Below are positions 39,729 through 51,300 of a stretch of 64,000 nt of DNA, piece after piece (the first letter of the stretch is position 1; every line of letters begins with the position of its first letter). This DNA comes from Lophium mytilinum (taxonomy: Eukaryota). Location: the NCBI GenBank assembly GCA_010093605.1, contig MU004201.1, positions 62,001 through 126,000 of the forward strand, read 5' to 3'. The position numbers and the translations under genes are program-made. The notes below the pieces were generated by a model, which saw nothing but the letters and a program-made list of their open reading frames with translations, did not search any database and was not told the origin of the DNA.

Positions 39729-41799
39729 CGTGCTTGCTTTTATTGTCGGATTGCAACGATCCCCGTTTCTCTCTATTATGTTTTTAAAGCCTGCATACTG
39801 CTCCGGTGTTTTCTGCAAGCGGCATACTATACTAGTAGTCTCTAATAGGTGGCTCTGTTTCTATAAGCTTCTCTCAATTGTTTTTTTAAGATTTCTCTTT
39901 CTTCCCTGTAAATGTACGACGATGGCTATATAATAATATAAAAGGAAGATATCTATAGAGGTTTATATATATATCTGCAGCATTTATAATAAGCGGGTAA
40001 ATAGGTAGTAGAGGTTAGTTTACGGCGGAGTTTTACTAAAGGCATGATACTCCGGATTTAAAAGTTTATAGATTTAGAGACATTACAAATCTACTATAGC
40101 AGACGTAATATCACCTTCTTCTTAACTACTACTTACGCCCCAAGTGCTTAGTATTAATAAAGCCACACGCAAAAGATATACACACCGCTACTTCTAAACT
40201 CTATGTGCTTGGGCCTTTAAAAAAAAAGAAAAAGCCAATTTTAATAAAAAGAACCGCGCACTGGGGTTATTTTTTTGGGCTTCCCACTTCCCGTCCCCAC
40301 ATAGGGGATTTAAATATGGATTTTTGATGCTCTATTATTTATTAGGCAGGCATATTTTAAACATATAAGCCCTGCTTCTACTAATTTTTATTTAGCAGGA
40401 GCAGACTCTATATAAAGCTTCTTGTAGCTTTTTTAAACCTAAGGAATAGTCTATTAGACTATTAGGGGATTTCAATATAGATTTCCCGGAGGCTTGTGTG
40501 CGGGCTGGAGGTCGGCTTAAAGATTTCAAAATATATACTTAAGTGCTACGTTGCAATACATACTAGGATATTAAATTACGCGGTTATCGCGGCGTTTCTA
40601 TTACAGCTATATCTTATTATAGATGTAACATAGACCCGCTATATATATCGGTGCACTAAATAGATTTCCAACTTTAATTTAGCGGTCGGATAGCTAGCCA
40701 GCTCGCTGTCCTATGCAAGCATTCTCTCTATATTAAGTTTAACCCAACTTTAGTTTTAAAACTACTAGAATTAAAGGCTAGCTACCTACTTAGCGCGAGC
40801 ATATTATTGTTAGATATTTTAAAAGCAATATATAATTGTTGTAAATCTAATTTTTAAACCGACTAAAGTTTCATGCGCAATGCTAAGCTGGAAGGACATC
40901 CCGCTGAATAGGCGGCGAGCAGACAGTTCTATCAAGCATAGCATTCGCGCATTAGCATACTTGTGGCGGCAGATGTAGTACTTAACAGAAGCATATGCAG
41001 GCATATATTCTAATAAAATAGACCTTTAAATTAAACAAAATTCTAAATAATTTTAAGTTAGGATGATATTATATTAAACTGGGAGCTATTATGTAGTTGG
41101 GGAATAGCATTACGCTAACTTAGTGTAAACAAGTAATTCGATATATAGGATACCCCGGGACGCTAGAACGCCGGCGTCCGGCTAGGCGTGCATGTGAACA
41201 TCCTGCACGTAAACACGTACTATACGCTAGAGCCTGCCATAGAACCATAACACTATTAACAACATTATTACTAGTAAATAGCGCCGGCGCGGTAGCTATT
41301 AGAAACTATAATATAAGCTGTAGTGGACTTATTATACTACACTAAGTAACTAGAAGAATTAGAGTTGTTTTAAGGGAGAAGGCGCTTAGAAACTAGTATA
41401 GCGTTTCTATTAGCTACGCCCGCGAGAAGATAGGCCCTATTAGGACTTTCTAAAACTACCGGAAAGTTGGTACTATAATAAGAACCCGGATTTAAATAAT
41501 AATAAGCACCCCGCTGCATGTGTAGTAGCCCTATAGCTAGAATTAATTAAAGTTAACTACTTAAAGATTATAACAACGTAAGCTATAAGGTTAGCTAGCT
41601 AAGTAAAGTAAGACTAAACTCTTTACTTTAGAATTAGATCCTCCGCTGCAAAGTTTCCGCTAAGTAGTTAGAGGAGGTTATTACCCAGTAACGCCGTAAG
41701 CACGCCGCCGTAAGATTTTAAGTTTATCTATAATTATAGGTTATAGTGCAGTGCGTACTAACAACTCTAGCTAAGTATACTAAAGTTATAAGGCTACTA

Positions 41800-44080
41800 G
41801 TATATAGGTAAACGCTTACTAATATTTAACTATATAACCTTATATAGCTTTTCTATTATAACTAGTTCTTCTATTATAATTAGTCCTTTTATTACGGCCG
41901 CTTTCTATATACTCTCCATGGCGCTAAGCCCTATAGTTATTTTATCTTACGGTTTATATAAGTCTTATTTAAAGGAGGAGTTATCTCTTTATTAAAAGGG
42001 GGGTTAGTATAATAGATCTAGGCCTCTTTCTTAGCTATAAACCTAGCACGTGCCTGGTAGTTACGTGCTCGCTAGGAATATTATTATTCCGCCACCTGCG
42101 TGTCTAGATAGCATTGCGAGCAGCCTTATACTCCGGCCCTCTTATAGTACATCTTATAATATAATTCTACTTCTTATTCTATATACCTCTATACCTTAGT
42201 GCCCGTAATATTAGTGCTTATAGTTTAGACGCTATTATAAAGTAATAACTTATAACCTTATATAAAACTTTCCTATATACTTAAAATATAATATAGAATT
42301 TATACTAGACTAGGAGGCTTAACTTACTTTATAATTAGAAGGGCTAATAAGATGGTGTTAGAAAAGCAATTAGCTAATTACCGCTAATACTTGCTATTAG
42401 TGCTTATACTAGTGTTGTATAACCGTCCGCTGTTTTAGTAAAGATTAATAGTGTTGTCTTATTATTAGAAGAGAGCCGAAGCTAGCGCGCTAATTTATTA
42501 CTGCTTCTTTAAATTAATCAGCTAAAGCCTTCTTATCTTCTTTACTATACGCTTTAAGTATATTAGTTAATCTCTTAATACTAGTAATCCGTGTAGCCTT
42601 ATTCTTAATAACGTTAAAGCGCGTTTCTAAGTCTTTATAGAGCTCCTAGCCTATCTTAATATAGTTATTAATATTAAGTGTATAAGGTTCTAGAGCGGTT
42701 TTATAGTAAGCTTGCATCCGTTATCTAAGACTCTATTTAAATCCTCGCTTAAGGTCTATAAAGCATAGGAGGTTAATTATAACTAGTATAATATTTAAAC
42801 TATATCTAAAATTAGAAAGCTTATTTGCCTGCTGCTAATACTCTATATAGAAGCTAAGAAAGTTTTCTTAAAGAAAGGATTAATAAGAACGTCTAAACCC
42901 TATAAAGGCACTAGGTTTCCGGGATTAAATTTAATCCTTTACCGGTAAGCTCTACTAAAGTATATACTACCGCGCTTATTACATAAATATTATAAGAAAA
43001 TGCAATAATACTAAGACCTTAGGACGGTACTATATAATTTCTTAGGGAGGTTTTCTATAAAGCTACTATAATATTTACACTAATAGAGTTCTATATATTC
43101 TTCTTTAGGAAATTCTCTAGAGAAGCTTAAATATAGAACTCCTAATTAATAGTAGTAAGTAAATTAGCGAGCCGGTAATTATACCTAAGTAGCTACTAGG
43201 TACCTAGTAGTATAGTGCTGTTAGAGTAGTCTTTATAGAATCTCCGCCTGCGCAAATAGATAGTAAGAGGGAATATAGCGAACTACATAGTAAATTCTTA
43301 GAGTAAATAGCATCTCTATCTACCTCTAACTAAAAGCGACCTATAAGTAATAACGCTCTAGGAGAATAGCTACCTAAAAGAACCCGGTAATGCTAAGCTT
43401 TCTAGTATAGCTATAATTATAATGCGTAATAAGGCGTATATTTAAAGGGATTTTGCAATTACTCTACTATAAATAGAGGTAGTATAGATAAGTTAATAGC
43501 TAGCTATACTATGCGTGCGTATAGTTCTTCTTATCCTATAACTTAGGTTAACATTTTTTAATATTTACTATTTATTAGTTCGCTCTTCTAACTAATCTTT
43601 GGTAGTGTACTAACGCCGCAGTGTAGTAATTGCATGTCGTCCATCTCTCGCTATACTATAGGAACTTAGAAGAAGGGCTTATAACTATATAGCTTGCCTA
43701 CAGCTTAGTATCTTTAGCAGTTTTATAGTTATATAACTATGTACTATGTAAAACCATTAGGCCTTTTTACTTAATGCGATGTTCTAGTAAATGTATTATA
43801 TGCGCTTTATAAAGTGTAAATATAACTTTTTTACCTTAACTACTAGCTTAGAATCCGCTCTAGAAGAGAGTATATAGAAGGTATATAGATAGTATATAGT
43901 TTAAAGGTAGTCTATTATTTTATATATAGGCTATAAGAGTAGAAGGGTAAAGGTAGAAAGGCTAGTAAAATATACTAGAATAGGAGGGCTAAAATATAAA
44001 GACTATAATAGGGGAACTAGGTTAGGAGAACTAAAGTAGGGGGCTATAAGCGGCCTAGTAGAGTATACCGTTATTAATAT
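41800..44080 (-). mobile_element. Degenerate LTR-element remnant (gag-like region plus LTR-like segment ~43860-44080), unclassified
   Basis: RIPed coding-like minus-strand sequence and a purine-rich terminal segment; no pol motifs recognised. Confidence 0.3.
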
Positions 44081-46463
44081 ATAACAGAAAGTAAATAATA
44101 TAAAGTATATAGCTATAATAGCAAGTATAAGCGTCTATAGTATAGCTAATAGCTATGGGAAGGCTAAAGGCAATAGCTTTTAAATAGGAAATATATAGCT
44201 AGAGTATATAATAGAGTATACTATAGAGTATATAGCTATATAGAAAGTATATAGCTACTTATAGTAAGTATAATCTTTTACAATATAACTATATAAGAGC
44301 TGTAGAAGAGTCTTATAGATAGGCTTTTATAAAATAGGTAGGCTAACTAATATAATAGAGGAAAAAAAGCTATTACTTAAAATTTAAACTACTTTAAAGT
44401 ATTATACTTAATTAATTTTAGACTTAAAGCTAAGAGTTATACGTAGTTAAAGTATAGTAAATTAGAAATAGTAATATTAATAAAGATAACTTTTGAAATT
44501 TTAAACTTACTAGTACTATATAAGGTACTTTATTATACATTTAAGTTTTATATATTAATTCTTAATACTAATATTATGAATTTAATTTCTATATTCTAAA
44601 AAGAAAAACAATAAAGTGTTTATTTTCTTAGTTTTTAATGTTGATGTATATAAGTAAGTTATATAGCTTTAATTAATTTAGTGTTATTTATACATTTCTA
44701 TATAGTAATTACAAAATTAGATTAAACTTTAAAACTAAACTTTATATATTATATACTTCTTTCTTTAAAGATATATACTAGGCTTTTATATATATTAATG
44801 TTCAAACTACTAAGTTTTATATATATATCTAGTAGTTACCTTTTAATCTAACTTTTTCTAAAACTCCTAAAAATAAATATAGAGATAAAACTTTCTATCT
44901 TGTATTTCTCTAGTACAGAACTTTCTCTAAAATGGGTCGTAGTGGTTATGATACTACAGGAATAGTTATACCTTTTCCACCAATACTAAATAATAAAACC
45001 TTTAGTTTTTTATAGTATCATTTCTAAGACTTTATTCTACTATTTTCTAGATAGATGTTCTAAGAAAAAAGGCTATTTTATCCTCGCCTACTTTAAAGAA
45101 AGGAAAGGGAAAGGGTAAAAAGCGCGCCTTTTAGAAGGGCTCTCCCTTAGAATTACAGCAAAGCTTTTAATTTTATAGGGACTTTCCTCTACCTTTTTAA
45201 TTTTAGCCTAAGTTGTTGTAGAACTAGAGACTCTATCTATGCCTATTGCGGAATAAGCGCCCTGTTGCAAAATAAGCGCCGTTATAGAATAAGTAATCGT
45301 TGCGGAACAAGCGCAATACACCGCCCTTTTTCTTCTTCTTCCGCAGGTTACTAAGTTTTTTTCTACAGCCTACCTATCTTATAGTAAGCCTGTATTAGTC
45401 TTTCTATTTCTTTAATAGGCCTTACTACACTCAAGCGGCCTTGGCTTCTAGGTAGAGAGGCTACTCTTAACTATTACCCTTTAATTCCTTTTACTTACTT
45501 CTCTCTAACTATTACTATAGCTAACCTTCTATGCTCTCTTTCCTTACTGCGTATAATCTTTACTTTCTTTAGTTACTAGGTTTTCTTATTTTTTTACAGT
45601 TCTTAGCGCGTATCTACTTTACCTAGTAAATTATATTGTTATAGAATAACTCCTAGGTAGGGAGGTATATAGTAAGGTAAATTAGTGCAGGTATATAGGT
45701 GGCACGTAATAAGCGTTTAGGGCCTTTCTTAATTATAGAGGATAGGGCTTTATTATCTATTATCTCTTCTTCTTATAAAGCCTACTCTAGGAAGTGTAAT
45801 AGCTACGGCCTTATCTTTAATATAATATAATTAAGGTTATCTTCTTCTACTCTCTCTCCCCTTTAGTAAACGTAATTTTTACTTTTATAACTATCCCGCC
45901 CTCTACTACTATAGTATAGCGCTGCTATTAGTATTAATTACAGTAAAAGGTAACCTTAGCTACTTTAGTAGTAAGGCCTTTAACCTTAATACTAAGCTTA
46001 GTAATAAGAATTATCTAGGTGTTATACTTCTTGCGCTTATTTTCTAGCTACTTAGTAAGGCAGCGCGCTTATTAGTAAAGTTTTTAGCGTTAGCACGCAT
46101 TTTAGCTACTTAATTATAGAGCTAAGTAGTTTAGTCTTTAAGATTACTAAGTATAGTATTATTTTGCGCGCCTTATTATTCTTAATGTTATACTATCTTA
46201 TAATCTTTCTAGTAGATAGCTATATCTATATTTCTAATATCTTTATGCAACTCTTCTATTTGGCAATAGTTAAAGAGTGCGGTATAAATACTAATATATT
46301 TGCTTTAAGGTGCATTATAGAGGCCTTCTATTATATTAATTATAATATTAGTAGTTTAGGCGTTACTAGCGCAGTTAATGCTAAAGACTATGCTGTTATT
46401 ATTATCTAAGGGTATAAAAAGGGACTATTAGTAACTAGTCTCTATAGTAGAGCTAGTGCCTAT

Positions 46464-46665
46464 TATTATAGACTACGAGAGGCAAGACACGGAGCACGGT
46501 GTTAAACAAGGAATAGAGTGTATTTACAAAGATAAAGTCGCGTAGAGGTAGAGGTTCCACGTGGCGCAGGCTAAATACAGGCTGGAGGTGCGAAACCGCG
46601 CTAGCGCACGGGCTCACGTGACGTAGCCGAGGGCACGTGATATATGCGGAGCTGGATCCGTTACA
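46464..46665. mobile_element. Solo LTR, 202 bp
   Basis: TATTATAGA (RIPed TGT...) to TCCGTTACA, flanked by a 5-bp TSD CCTAT (46459-46463 and 46666-46670). Confidence 0.85.
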
Positions 46666-47329
46666 CCTATATTAGTTATAGTAGACTAGTATTAAGAGGG
46701 GAGGTTAGGGTAGGTATTTAGGTTGCAATAGTATTAGTAGTAGAAGTAAAAGCTTAAGTCTAATTCTTAGAGGTAATTAGAATTTAAGAAGACGCTAGAG
46801 TTATTAAGCTAACCAGGGGGTTAGTAAATTAGACAGCTCTAGGTATAGATATTTTAGTAAATAGCTTAAAGTTCTCTTTACTTTTGGCCTAATCTGCGTA
46901 GGCGTGATTATTAGTTTCCTACTTAGTAGAGTTAGTAAGGTTGTAATAGGCCTAGGGTTATAGTAGATTAGTGCCTAATTTATTTAGTAGAAGGTAAATA
47001 TCTAGTTCTAGATTACTAAAATAATTAGCGCATATAGTAAAAGCTTCCGGGGTTATAATTAATTAATATTAAGATATTCCTGTACTGCCTATTTTGCGGG
47101 CGGCTTTCTTTTCTTAATAGTTAAGCTTATATACTTTCTAAGAGTTAGATGCAAGAGTAGATTAAGTAGCTTATAAGCTAGAAGAGAGAGTAGAAGTAGT
47201 AATAACTAAGGTTAGAGTTACTACCGGGAGGTAAACCTACAGGCTACGCGCTAGATATAGCTATACTATATAGAGTTAGAGTTTTCCTACTATAGCTTAG
47301 TATAGTACTTAGACTTAAGTCTTATCTAA

Positions 47330-48377
47330 TAAACCGTGCGTACCCTACTAAACTCGCATCGCGTTAGGAACGCGTTCTAATTACCTCTATACTATACTAT
47401 AATAACACGCTCTTTTAGAACTCCAATTAATAGGATTATAAGGGGGAATAGTAAGCTTTTATCTTAATAGCGCACACCCATTATTGCTAAGCAGTAAGAA
47501 TGTGTTTCTAATAAGGATTTAGCGGCTAAATTTAGCTGCAACATGCGCATAATCTATACTACGATTAAACGGTTTAAAGAATACAATACTATAGATTTCT
47601 TGCCACGCTCTAGGCCCCTAGTAGTTCTTATACGTCGTAAGAAGCAGGACATTATTTAAATTGTAAGAAAAGCTCTAAAATTAGAGTATTCCTAGATTAT
47701 TAAAGAGGCAGACCTAAATGCCCGCCTAAATTAGAAGCATCCTATTTCTAAGAAGACTATCTAACGCTACCTTAGAGAGAATAGCCTGCATAAGCGCAGG
47801 TGTACTAAGAGGCTAATACTAAAGCCTAAGCATGCTGTAATTCACCGCTTATTTACTTAGAATTATAAGAATTTTAACTAGGAAGACTCTACTATTAAGT
47901 TTATAGATAAGTGCTCTATATAGAGGGGCTCCGGGCAGTAGGTAGAGTAGTGCTTCCGCTATTCTTATAAGAAATACCACCTAGAGATAATTATAGAGAA
48001 AGAGAAGTCTAATAAGATATTATAGATAGTGTAGATAGCTATTTAGGTGACGCCGGACGGCTATACTAGCCGGTTTGTATTAATTATTATAGAACGGGAT
48101 TAGGAGGCTAAGAAGATAGGCTATTTAAGTAGAAGCTATACTAAGATATTAAAGGATAGCCTCTTAGAATAATACTAGGTAGGGGAGATATTTATGCATA
48201 ATAATACCCCTATTTATAACTCTAAATAGACCTATAAGTTTCTAGAATCTTACAGGATTTAGACAATGGAATGGCCCCTCTATTTACCGGACCTCAAATC
48301 TATTAAGCACATATAGTGGGCGCTTAATAAGATAGTTTACAAGCTATATCTAGAATTAGTAATAATAGGCTAAGTAG
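47330..48377 (+). mobile_element. Tc1/mariner (Tc1-type DDE) transposon, RIPed, interrupted by Gypsy D
   Basis: HTH-like N-terminus, F(T)D(E)CS (~47900), FMH(D)N(A)PI(H) (~48195), EWP(P)Y(S)PDL..I(E)H.(W) (~48270-48320). Confidence 0.85.
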
Positions 48378-51300
48378 TGTTATAGCCACATGTTTACGCA
48401 TAACACGTAACTAGAGGTTACGTAATAGAGGCTCTGCAGAACGGATAAACGTTACTCCGCCCTTTAGGTTATTACAACGTCCGTCCTAGGAACCTCTTTC
48501 TCTCTTATATTTACCTTTTGTTAATATTAATACTATTTAATCTAACAATTCTAATATTCTAACCTTAAGCCCTAATATAAGATAAATACCCTCCTAGCTT
48601 CTAGGACTAACAGAAGCACCCCTAGGAATTTTCCGTAGTAGAGTGTGCTCTTATAATAAGCTATAGTATACCTATACCTTTCTATATAGCAACTATTAGT
48701 AGAGTTGTAGACCCCTAATAAAGACTATACTAATATAGTGTCCTATTAATAGCGCCGCGGGCCCCTAATAAAGCGATCTAACTGTTGTGCGCAACGTTGG
48801 GTAATAGACCTCACGACTGTAGCAGCGCTTGCGAGCCCCCATAATAGAGGGGTGGTAACAGTACCCTGGAAAGTCCTTACCAATTATATTAATTGCTTTA
48901 ACGGCTCTGCAACTCCCTCTTCCATCTATTTACTATTACTAAATAGAGACTAACGCCCGGAAAGCTTAGTATTAACTACAGTGCGTGCGCGCGCCTAGCG
49001 TTACTAATTAATTGCTATTGCCACATAAAGACTAACGCCCGGAAAGCTTAGTATTAATTATAGCTAGCCTGCGCGCATACTTAGCGTTATAGAATAAATA
49101 TTAGCAGACTACCTATTTCCTCTATACTACCCGTTTACTAAATAGACTACCTAATAATATTATTATTCACTATAACCCTCCAGGCAGTCCCGCGACTAAC
49201 TGCAACCAGCGCCCCTCTTAAACCTTCTAGGCGCCCGGCGCATGTAGTAAATAATCTAAATTTAATGGGCCCTCGCATATAAATTTAACACCTCGCCCCT
49301 CTAAGTTTCCTTCCTCCTATACTAACTTTTTCCTACCTCCTTACATAGCTAACCCTAACCGCTATACTTTTAACCGCGCCAAAGCTCTATAGTTTAGCAA
49401 CTCCGTCTCTAGTAGACGCTCCACTGCTAGACGCCCATTTAGCAACGCTAATAGTATTCCTATTAACCCCCGCCGCATTAGCATTATATTACGTTAAAAA
49501 GGCACCCTAAACTTGCAGCACCTTCTTATAGGAGATAATAACAATAATATAATATAGATTAATTACGGGCTATAGCCTCCTTTTATTCGGCTAGTAAACC
49601 CACCCTTCTAAGGCGCGACTTAATCCTAATTATAGATACTGGCTACTACTTCTTAACTAGTTCTATCTATTAGACTAGTTCCTCCGGTAATACTAGCTAA
49701 CCTATAATATTGTTAGACTAAGTTCGGTACTATAGGCAAGCCACCACTAATTACTCTAGCCCCTCTAGCAGTAACTATGGCAGACGAAACCATTCTACTC
49801 TCCCGTGTTGGTAGCTATATACCAGGCAACTTTAATTCACCCGAAGAACTTAAGAATACAACTACCGGCCTTAATAACAACACTGCTGGCCTTAATAATA
49901 CGACTGCCGCCTATAATAAGGACTCCTCCTCTAACTTTAATTTAGCTAATGAATATAACCGACAAGAGGAGGAACAACAGTTTAGTAATAACGCGGACGA
50001 CGAAGTTAACTAGCTTAAAACAGCCTATTAAGGCGTTACTATTAACACTTCTAACGCTACAGCGTATTATAATACTGTCCCTAAGGCTAACTATTAGTTA
50101 CGCGACCCTAAATATCTAAGAATACTATATATTTATAGTATTTCCTTGCCTAACATGTCCCTATTATAACACCGATCTACCTGCGTCGAATCTATTACTG
50201 GACTTAACACTCCTAACCTAGCCTAGTAAGCGGCGGGTATAGGACGTAGTTATAAACACTATACCATAGTACGCATGGAAGACCGCTAGTAGTTACATTT
50301 AGCAATTGTGCAGCGCGCTAATAGTTCTATCTTTAAGATACGCTATAGAAACGGCGTCTACTAGTAATATAAGCTATAAGTTCCACAAGATCTTATTAAA
50401 GACGTCCAACTTGCACCGGAATAGTAGTAGAACCGCATTATGCTAGCTTACTAAGATAGTAATAACTATAAGTATAAAATAAATGTTGCCGTATAGGAAT
50501 AAGACGCCACTAACGCTACTGTTAAGGAACTGAATAAAAAGTATTTACTTACTAACGGCAAACTCGCTAAGCTCTGGACGCAGGTCCGCACCCTTAATAA
50601 TAAACTCAAAGCTGAATAAATAGAGTTAGCCCGCGTACGTCGCCTACGTAATAAGAAGCACGCTAACTTCTAAGCCTAAACCTATTAGCTCGATGACCTT
50701 AAGGCTAGACACTAATAAGTATTAACGCAAATTACCTAGCTTAAGGCTTAAGCCCGATAGAGTAAATTAGCGGGACAACCTAATAATCTATACGCGGACG
50801 TACACAAACACCCTAACTATAACTCTGCTAATAATGCTTCCCCTCTACCGCTAATGGGACTATATAACCTAAACCTAGATAACTTCTAACGTAAACGCGT
50901 TCTAGGCTAATACTTTACAGCTGGAGGAGGAGGGGGCAACCTAGATCTAAGCTAACTAGAAGGTTTCGCCTAGCTATAAGTCTACGGGCCCGTCTATCCT
51001 TAATTTAAATAATAAGGCCCTTATCCTAAATATATACACCTTTAGGATTTTAAATTAGAAGCTATAGTATACGCAGCCTAGAAGAACTACCTAATCTATT
51101 TAATCTAAGTGGACTAGTAGACTTACCCTACTACTATAACTTAAATTTGACTCGCTGTTAGTTATTGTAAGGGACGCGTATATAAAGTTATTAAAGACTG
51201 TAGTCTTCTTACGTCTACTAACCCGTATTGTTTACTTAAGAAACTTATCCGGGACCTGGACGCCACATTTTAAGAAAGTGACGCTGTTTATTATAATTGC

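Larger units (their letters stand above)
30043..41163. mobile_element. 11,121-bp multi-gene DNA transposon (CMC/EnSpm- or Plavaka-like) with ~70-bp imperfect TIRs and a 2-bp TSD (TA)
   Basis: Removing it restores the LTR sequence GGCGTA-TA-G[G/A]ACGCC seen in the sister LTR. Left end CCGTATAGGGTTATTCTATGTATTAAAC..CACCAAGTCTACGTAATGCT matches the reverse complement of the right end GCGTCCCGGGGTATCCTATATATCGAAT..CACTAAGTTAGCGTAATGCT. Confidence 0.88.
23502..41252 (-). mobile_element. Ty3/Gypsy chromovirus B with both LTRs (182 bp); 5' LTR split by an 11.1 kb DNA transposon
   Basis: LTR 23502-23683 matches 29948-30042 plus 41166-41252; 5-bp TSD CTATT (23497-23501 and 41253-41257). Minus-strand RT (YIDDLII ~26950), RNase H (NYWPTELE ~26320), integrase (~25100-25720) and chromodomain (YKVERLV..EYLVKWEGY ~24370-24470). 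Confidence 0.92.
21850..41790 (+). mobile_element. Ty3/Gypsy chromovirus C remnant, host of element B (pieces ~21850-23018, 23234-23501, 41253-~41790)
   Basis: RT tail and RNase H (ELLTLIKAFKE.RP.L, ILTDYYNLDYIMS, ~22360-22560); post-integrase ARNIKT..KSLDYKN; chromodomain split at EYPI|NNII by element B. Confidence 0.7.

Noticed and set aside
30043..41163. Starship or Helitron interpretation
   Set aside because: Has TIRs, a 2-bp TSD and DDE-type motifs; no tyrosine recombinase or Rep/helicase motifs seen.
44900..47300. Coding-like minus-strand relic interrupted by a solo LTR
   Set aside because: Too degraded to assign to a gene or element family by eye.
48940..49090. Direct duplication of GACTAACGCCCGGAAAGCTTAGTATTAA
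   Set aside because: Ordinary short duplication in the 5' leader of Gypsy D; no further structure evident.
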